Source: Felis catus (taxonomy: Eukaryota). Taken from it: DNA of 64,000 bases. Below, piece after piece: positions 56,229 to 64,000 of the stretch. Below the pieces are notes generated by a model, which saw nothing but the letters and a program-made list of their open reading frames with translations, was not told where the DNA came from and did not search any database. The translations under genes were made by a program, and so were the position numbers. The DNA is taken from NCBI RefSeq assembly GCF_018350175.1, contig NC_058372.1:29264001-29328000 (forward strand). Direction: 5' to 3'. The first letter of the stretch is position 1. Each line of letters starts with the position of its first letter.

Positions 56229-59200
56229 TCACCTCCGGCAGGACTCATCTGTGGGAGAGGAGGCAATAATGATAGAGAATGAGTGAGGGCCTCTTCCACC
56301 TGCCTTCCCCCCTTACTCTCCACACTGAAGATAAGTCTTTATATCTTTCATGCTGAGTGCTTGCTACTACAGTAACAGCAGCCATCATTCACTAAGCTTG
56401 CATTCTGTGCCAGGCATTCTTACAACCTGTTTAATCACACAATAACCCCAGATGAGTTTAAGTAATTTAATGTCCAGCCATAGTTCCAAGATGCTTCATA
56501 AAAATTACTGAACCCTCTCAGTAAACCCCAGGAGGTGGTTATTTTTAGCCCCATGTCATAATTGCTAAAAATAAGGCCAGAGAGCAGGTGATTTCCTGGA
56601 GATTACACCACAGTTAAGAGACAAGATGGAATTTAAACACAGTCCTGTCTGACCAAAACCTTGTGTTTTTAACCACAGAAAGAGTTATGGTTTTGAAATC
56701 TGGAGATCCCTTGTGCACTTCACTTTCTAAGACCTTGGTTTCCCCATTTGTCAAGGGAGTGGGTGCGGTTAGAGGTCCTACCAAGTCTCTTCCAGGAGCA
56801 CCAACATTAATTAATTCCTCCCCCTCCCTCCTGGACTGCAGTGCCCAATAGGAACACCAGGGGGTGTCCTCGGACCAGCAGAGCCTCAGCTCACCCACGA
56901 TCAGGGCCTTGGTGCGCAGGCCGCCCTGGAGCTCCCGTTGTAGCAGCAACAACTCTTCCTCATCCTCTTCGTCATCGGGTTGGGCCGCTGGGGGGCTGGG
57001 GGTACTGGGAGCCTCAGGCTCTGGGCCCAGCTCCTCCAGCACTGAACTTTCAGAGGGGTATTGATACGTGGTCTCCAATGCTGTCTCGCTGAAGGAGATC
57101 TTGAGCTGAGAGTAGGAGAGAAACGCAGGAGGCATGGAGTTCAGCCTGGGAAAGCTCCTAGGGAAGCACGTGCCAGGTGGGGAGGGGAGCTGGATTTGGG
57201 CACCCTACTGACTTTACCTTCCCTATCCACTCTGGGGCCCAGGGATCCAGTTTTCCTTTTTTTTCCCCTAAATTTGTATTATTTTATGTATTAATTATTA
57301 TAATATATATAGCACATATATAATATAATATAATATAATATAATATAATATAATATAATATAATATAATAATAATAAATTATTTATAAATATTACTTATT
57401 ATGCATTTATTAATTTAATACTTGTTTATTTTGAGAGAGAGAAAATGTGAGGAGAGTTAAAGAGAACCTCATGGGGTGCCTGGGTGGCTCAGTCGGTTAA
57501 GCATATGACTTCAGCTCAGGTCATGATCTCGGGGTCCATGAGTTTGAGCCCTGCGTCGGGCTCTGTGCTGACAGCTCAGAGCCTGGAGCCTGTTTCAGAT
57601 TCTGTGTGTCTCTCTCTCTGCCCCTCCCCTATTCACTCTCTCTCTCTGTCTCAAAAATAAATAAACGTTAAAAAAAAAAAGAGAACCCCAAGCAGGCTCC
57701 TTGCTGTCAGCATGGAGCTAGCCGTGAGGGGGCTTGAACTCACCAACTGTGAGACCATGACCTGAGCCAAAACCAAGACTCCAACACTTAACCGACTGAG
57801 CCACCCAGGCATCCCACCCAGTTTTCCTTTTGATATAGGCTCTCCAATCCCAGATTTCCCTTCTTCTATCATATCATTTCCAAAACATCAGACTTTTGCC
57901 TGAACTTTCACACAGGTGCAGAAGTGAGTAATACAGGACCCAGCTTCCTACTCTTTAGACTGTGGGTGGCAGAAGGGTAAAAAGAAAATACGTGGAGATA
58001 ACCCCTGTGATCAGAACCGAATCTTTGGGTACCCTGAGGGCAATCAAGAAGGCTTCCCAGAGGTAGGAAGTTTGAGCTGGCAGGAAATAGGTGGCTAGAG
58101 GGAGTCCCAGGCAAAAGCAAGGAAGAGCACTTTGGTTTCCACATCATCAGACCCTTGGCTGTTCCTGAGAAACCCTGGACACCTGTGCCCTCCTGCTCCC
58201 CCCCTCACTCCTCTCCTACAGCTGGAGTGAACTCACAACAAAGTGGGGCTGGGGCCTGGGAGGGAAGAAGAGACTCTACTGAAAAGCCCAGAGGAAACAA
58301 GACTCTCCCCTAACACAGAGAGGAGATGGGCCCTTGAGTCCCTGCAAGGGAAGCTAGGTGAGGCGTCAGGGGCAGAGAGGAAAGTCCATGCAAACACAGG
58401 TTGGGGTGGAAAGCGCAACAGGAGAAACATGCAGAGACAGAAGCAAAAAGCCAGAGGGGACCTGGAGGGGGCCGAAATCCTCCACAAACACAATGTCCCA
58501 AGAGCAGGCGAGCCCCAGATGTTCTCACTCCCTTTCTACTCTTCCCCTTTGCCCTTTTAAGAAGCTCAGGGGCAGGGGCAGAGTGGGATTAACTCTGGGA
58601 GCCAAAGCGATTAAGGAGACAAACAGGAGGATTCTGTGTGAACTACTTGGAAAGGTCCAGACTATCTATTCAGGTCTTCCCAGAAGACCTGTTTGGGAAA
58701 CTTGGGGCTTGGGCCCTGCATCCTTGAGTCTCCACATGGACCGGGGTGTGAGAAAAGAGAAACCGGGAGGGTGTCTGGACAAGTGGATGCTAAGGGCTGT
58801 ACAGAATGTGCAACATGGGTTCCATGGGAAGCTGGAACTCAGAGACTCCTTGGCTCCAAACCCAGCATTGACTCCCCATTTCACTGGGAGAAAAAGCCAG
58901 AGCCTGACTAAGGCCCACAGGGTACTCCCACTGTACCACTTCTCCCTACCCCCCACTTCTCAGGCAACTATCTGCTCCCACTGCAGCCACCCTGGTCACA
59001 GTTCCTCTAAGGCCAACAGGGGCACTCCAATCTTAAGGCCTTTGCACTGGCTATTCCTTCTGCCTGGAACACTGTTCCCCCAAATACCCCCATAGCTCCC
59101 TCTCTCCCAGTCACCCTATTTAAAGTTCATATTCACTCCCCCAACTTTCTCGCTGTCTATGTTCCACTTACCCTGTTGTAATTTTTTTCCATAATCATTT

Positions 59201-62200
59201 ACCAACTCCTAATCTACCAGAGAATTTACTTGTTATTCTGTGTCCACTGTCCATAGGAGCATGAAAGTTGCTATGGTGAGTAAGGAAGAGTTGGTTCAGA
59301 CCTCAGGTGTGGTCCCCACAGACAACCAACACTGGGGACCAGTGTGGAAGGTACACAGTCTATCTGTGGAACTGCTGGTAGAAATGCATGACAGCAACCA
59401 GATCCCTTATATCCCAATTCTTCAGAAGGACCAGTTCTGGTTCTGTTACTGACAGATTTATCCAAACTTCTGGGAACCCATTTGTTTTCTTTTCACATTC
59501 CCTTTTGGGATAACAAGCTCCATGGTTTGTTATCCACTCTGAAAAATGATTCATTTTATTTGTTCTCAATCATGTTTGTCTCTCTTCTCCAATCCTGCTT
59601 CTCTGCTCACCCCCCCCCCCCCCCCCCGCCAACTTCTGACTGGGCTTCTCAGGAATGCACAGCCTCCATGGGAGTTTGGGGGGGGGGGGAGTACAGCGGG
59701 GTGTGACTCACTTGCTCCTCTCCCATCAGCTATATAAAGTCACAAGGGGGCCAAAGAGGGGAGGGGCCCATCTCTCAGCTAGAAGGGCCTTTGGGGAAGG
59801 GCACCAGCCACAAGACAGGGCTGGGATTTCTCTCCCATGGCAAGGATGCATTTGATGGCCTTAGCTTCCAAACAAGAGTTATTTCGGGAAGGGGGTGGGG
59901 GGGCAGTCCTCTGGTCCCAGAGCAAGTGGATTGGGTCAGAGCTGGAACAAGCATGTCAGTCCCTGCTGAGCAGGGTGCAGAGAGAGGGAAGAAGGCCTGA
60001 GACAGGGTGGAGGGGGAGGTGTCTGGGTCTAGAAAACTCTGTGCTGCTTCTCTCCACCCCCACCCCTAGAGCAGCCATGGCTTCCTCATTCTCTCACCAC
60101 ATCCTGAGCAGTTCTGGCAGGCCTAGGGCCCAGCGGTTCCCCACTCAGCCCCACCAGCCTTCCGGCCCCCACCCCAGGCTTCCTGTTTGGGTGATCTGCT
60201 TCTGGCTTCCCTGCTCCCTAACCTAGGTATGGTCACTATCACAGGTCCTGTCCTGCACTCACATGGTCCCCAGCTTTGGGCCCTGAATTTCATGCCTCCC
60301 TCTGCTCTTCCTCCCCAAAGGCACAGGCCAACCTCTATAGGAAGTGACTTGTCTGAACACCTCACTCTGGCAGTTCCTGGCCTACCTCCTAACATCTGTC
60401 CAGCCCAAAGGGGAAGGGGCGGGTAGCAGTCAGAGTGCTCAGGATAGACTCAGGTACCATGGCTCAGGGAGGGGAGCTTGAGCTGCACATGAGGATGAAC
60501 TGGGGGATCAAGTGTCCCGCAAGCTTAATCTAGGTCTTTGGTCCCTGTGGTTTCCCACTGACAAAGCACGCGCGTGCGCGCGCACACACACAAGACAAAT
60601 CTGAGGACGTCAGATGAGATGACAACTGGAGACTATGAAGGGCTTCCCAGTCTCTGGGGGAGATGTGTTAGGTGCAGGGACCTCTCTTTCCTTAGAGATT
60701 TTCAAGCTGGAAACTGATTGGTGTGTAAGGAAGGGGTTGGGCTGAAGCCACAGCAAGAAGCCTGGCTGCTCCCACTTCCTGAACTTTGTCCTTTTTCCAG
60801 TTTAACCTCTAACCTTCTGCTGGCCTCAGCCCCCATCCCTGTCCCCAACTCCCATTGTATTCCCTGCTCTCAGCTCAGTGTCTCCAAATTCACTTCTCTC
60901 TTTTGCTACCCCAAAGGGAGGGAGAGGCCAGGGCAACAGGAAGAGAGGGGAAAACCAACTGCTGAGCCAGTTCTGGGGAGGGAGGGGAAGCCCAGGGAGG
61001 AAGGAAGAAGGGGAGTGAGGGGCGGGGGTATTTTGGAAGAAGAGAAGGCTTTTCTTGTCCCAAGAGAGAAGGGAGCACTGTTTAAAGCAGTGGCCCAGCT
61101 GGGGGTGTGCAACCCTGAGGTCACCCACTTCAAATGGCTTCTGTGTGTGCCTCTCCCATGGAGCAGACTTGGGGTTCAAAAGTCTTCTCTTTGGCCAGCC
61201 TTATTCCATTCCCCCACCCTCATCCCAGTAGTCCCCTCACTGGCTCTGCCCCCTCTGCCTTGGGACTGAGAACTTCCTCCACTCACTTCTCCCTGCCATT
61301 TTCCCCTAGAACCCCAAAGGCACCCCCCTGTGCCTCTTCAGGCTTCCTGGCCCCACATTCCCTCCCCTGGGAGGCTGTGTGTGCTTTCAATCTGAGGACC
61401 CTGCTCTCATAGATTCTAGGCTGTAGCCTCAGCTCAGGTCTCCACCAGACGGGTTGTGTCCCAGACTCAGAGGAAAGGAAGGAAAGAAATGGGGGGCAGG
61501 GAGGGACTCAGAGCCTGAGGGAATGAAGAGTGAGCAGCCTGGGCACACCCTGAGAGAGACACACCCAGAGACAGCACTTGATTTGGGGCAGGATTCTTGG
61601 GCTTGGAAATGAATGGAAAAGGAGGGCAACAAGAAGGAAGGGTGTGTGTGCAGAGGAGGAAGGGTTGTGGCAGGAATTAGCACGAAAGAATAGAGAAAGA
61701 CCAGAACATAGGGATATAAAAAAGAAAGGAGTACAGAAAGAACCGATGAGCAGGCTTCTAAAGAAAGCTGGCTTAGCTGCTCCCTACCTGTTTGTGATGC
61801 CTTTCAGGGGACCCCTTGACAAGGCAGCTGCGGCTGAGACGGAGGTAGCCCCCCAGAACCAAGATCTCCTCAGCAGTTGGGTACCGCTTCTTCCCAGGTC
61901 CGGGGACTGCAACATCAGCTGTGGCTGGGGTGGCCGGAGGAGTGGTGGGGGCTGCAGGGGGCAGGGACCGCCGGGGGTTGACTGTGAAGGTGTGTCCACT
62001 GCGGCGAGGGGCCCCCACCCCTGGCCCTGCCTTCACCCCATAGAACAGTCGGTTCATGAGGGGATCCCCAGGGGACTGGGGGGCAGGTGGGGCTGGGGGT
62101 GGGGGAGACAGAGGGGCTGCTGGTGGGGGCCGGGGTTGCACTGCTTCCTCTTCCTGCCCTCTAGAGCCTCCAGTCCCAGCGTCCTCTGGTGGGAAGGGGG

Positions 62201-63087
62201 AGGGCACAGAGCTGCAGTTCTGCAGGGTTCTCAAAGGCCTGCCCAGAGCCCCCGCCTTCTCCTTCTCAGCCTCGCCTTCTCCAGCCTCTGTACCAAAGGG
62301 CCCCAGATACTTCTCAGCAGACTCTGGGGGGACTGGTTTCTGAATTTGAGTCTCTGTGTCCCTGGGTGTCCATTCTCGAACCTTCCCAGAATTCAGAGTC
62401 CATTTCCATCCTTCTGTCAGCCTCAGTCCCCTCTCACCATCCTGCACAGGGCTACGCCTTTGTTCTGCTGCCTCCACTTCTCCAGAGCTGCTGTCTGGAG
62501 CCTCCCTACTCAGGGTCTCTGACAGCTCTGTAATCTCTTCTGAGGCCAGCGTTGGAATTGGCCTCTCTTTTCTCCCACATTCCTCTGAGCAGTCTTTTCT
62601 TTTTTCTAAGCTCGGCCTCCACTCTGATATCTCCAGTTGTACCAAACTCTGTTCCTGAGACTCTCCAGAGTCGGGCCTCCATTTATGGGCCTCTGTCAGG
62701 CCCATCTTCTGGTTGTCAGACTCCGCTGGGCTCAGTCTACTTTCCACCACCTCTTTTCTCCTCGGGCTTTGTTCTCCAGGCTCTGCCAGTCTCAGACTCC
62801 ACTCTGGAGTTTCTCCCGGGCTCAGCCTCCATTTCCGCGCTTCTGACAGTCTGGAGCTGTTGTCTCCAGCCTCTCCTGGGCTCTGCCTCCAGTCCCAAGC
62901 CTCTAAAGGCCTGGGGCTCGACTCTCGGGCTCCCCCTATCCTCTTCTCTCTGGCCTCCCTGGGACTGAGCCGATCTTCTCTCGACTCTCTTCCCTTGGGG
63001 CTCTGATCCCGCATCTCCCCAGGGCTGGGTCTCTGCTCCCTGGCCTCCAAAGTCCCGGGCCTTCTTTCTGCAAGTAGTTCTTCATTA

Positions 63088-63140
<53 letters not shown>

Positions 63141-63422
63141 CTCCTGCCGAATGAATCGGTTCTGGTGCACTGGCCCAATGGCCTCTAGGAGGACAGCCGA
63201 CTCGTCTGGGTCTGGAGGTCCAGCCTCTGTAGTCCCAGGTGTAGGGCTAGGCTCCCCAGGAGACAGACCAAGCTTGGCCCGGCGGCGCTCCAGGAGCCCC
63301 CGCTTCCAGGCTGGCATCTGGGACAGACGCTCCCGCTCTGCCTTCTCCCGGCCACGAAGGGCTGCCTCCTCCTGCCGTCGCCGGGCTAGCAGCTGTAGCT
63401 TCCAGTCTGGGATGGTGGCCAT
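56229..63422 (-). CDS. PPP1R18: Phostensin / PP1 regulatory subunit 18, 621 aa
   Basis: Exons 63422-61788 (MATIPDWKLQLLARRRQEE...PERHHKQ), 57105-56895 (LKISFSET..., containing the KISF PP1-binding motif) and 56248-56229 (DESCRR-TGA); 1866 nt. Candidate 5'UTR acceptor at 63451-63452, 28 nt before the ATG. Confidence 0.97.
56370..56615. mobile_element. MIR remnant in PPP1R18 intron 2
   Basis: ttgcattctgtgccaggca...cacaataaccccag...aggccagagagcaggtgatttcctggagattacac. Confidence 0.55.
57278..57420. repeat. AT-rich minisatellite with five perfect TAATATA units (57321-57355)
   Basis: About 140 nt almost entirely A/T, continuous with the tail of a minus-strand SINE. Confidence 0.9.
57420..57815 (-). 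mobile_element. Can-SINE (-) split by a nested Can-SINE (+, 57473-57680)
   Basis: The host sequence resumes after the insert; TSD aaagagaacc on both sides. Confidence 0.9.
58960..59270 (+). mobile_element. L2 LINE remnant in PPP1R18 intron 1
   Basis: ggcctttgcactggctattccttctgcctggaacactgttccc is a typical L2 motif. Confidence 0.6.
63090..63137 (-). repeat. Pure (CAG)16 coding repeat (polyQ) in PPP1R18
   Basis: 48 nt of uninterrupted CTG on the plus strand, between the CGC and CGT codons. Confidence 0.97.
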
Positions 63423-64000
63423 GACCGCGTTGAGGTAAGGGTGCGGAGCGCTGGGGCCAGAGAACAGGAAGGAGAGGCTCCAGAGGCCCTGGGGGTGAGA
63501 CTGGGGGTGGGCGGAGAGGAAGTAGAGGGGGAGAGGTGGGACACAGAGATGGGCAAAGGAGCTGAGGGTGAAGACAGAGGGAAAGAGGGAGAAGACGGAA
63601 AGCAGAGAAAGGGGAAAACTACGAAAGTGAAGAAACAGCTGTGGACCAAGTGGGGGTGGGGTCGTGGCAGTGAGAGGAAGAGTGGAGATTCAGGGCAAAG
63701 AGGCAGGAGTCAGATTTGGTAATGTACGGTTAATGGTATCACAGTCCCAAGGATGTGAGAGGAGAGAAAGGCGGAAAAAGAAGCCGGCATGAGGGAGGAG
63801 AGAGAAAAGAGAGGAGGGGGAGGGGGGGTTGCGGGGGAGTAGGGGTCAGGTGAGGTTTCCCCACAGCTACTCCAGAGGCGGTTAGAGTGGGAAGGGAGGT
63901 CAGGGAATCCCGCCCGAGAAGGGGTGGTGGGACCTGAGGAGGGGGGGCGGGGAGGTGAGGAGGGGCGGAGAGTGGAGAGGTCCAGGGGAGCAAGGAGACT

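Noticed and set aside
57321-57365. Short direct repeats considered as an array-like or CRISPR-like structure
   Set aside because: Simple head-to-tail units without unique spacers in mammalian DNA; ordinary micro/minisatellites.
58358-59095. 245-aa plus-strand ORF in PPP1R18 intron 1
   Set aside because: No recognisable homology, and its 3' part runs into an L2 remnant. Consistent with a chance ORF in GC-rich DNA.
61578-62522. 314-aa plus-strand ORF (also 62552-62968 and 62936-63178)
   Set aside because: Antisense shadows of the GC-rich PPP1R18 exon with no recognisable domain. The poly-Ser/Ala/Leu runs are just the CAG repeat read in other frames.

Overview
Felid genomic DNA (carnivore tRNA-derived SINEs of the SINEC_Fc type) from the gene-dense MHC class I framework region. 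Gene order matches the conserved mammalian order: PPP1R10 (minus strand, 5' half only; runs off the left edge), MRPS18B (+, complete, 258 aa), ATAT1 (+, three alternative C-termini, one exon probably hidden in an N-gap), C6orf136 (+, complete, 314 aa), DHX16 (minus, complete, 20 exons, 1044 aa) and PPP1R18/phostensin (minus, complete CDS, 621 aa). I rebuilt the exon structures by hand from GT-AG sites, reading-frame continuity and recalled mammalian orthologue proteins. Introns hold about 25 Can-SINEs (several nested or inverted, with target-site duplications), L1/L2/MIR/MER remnants and microsatellites. There are 7 N-gaps. I found no evidence of a new multi-gene biological system. The best leads are local: a ~97-bp, ~92%-identical duplicate of the DHX16 5'UTR and start codon inside DHX16 intron 1; a pure (CAG)16 polyQ tract in PPP1R18; a disabled extended first exon of C6orf136; a splice-or-stop switch at the ATAT1 C-terminus; near-abutting convergent 3' ends of C6orf136 and DHX16; and head-to-head inverted SINEs with a deleted apex. 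Comparisons with human come from memory and need confirming by alignment.
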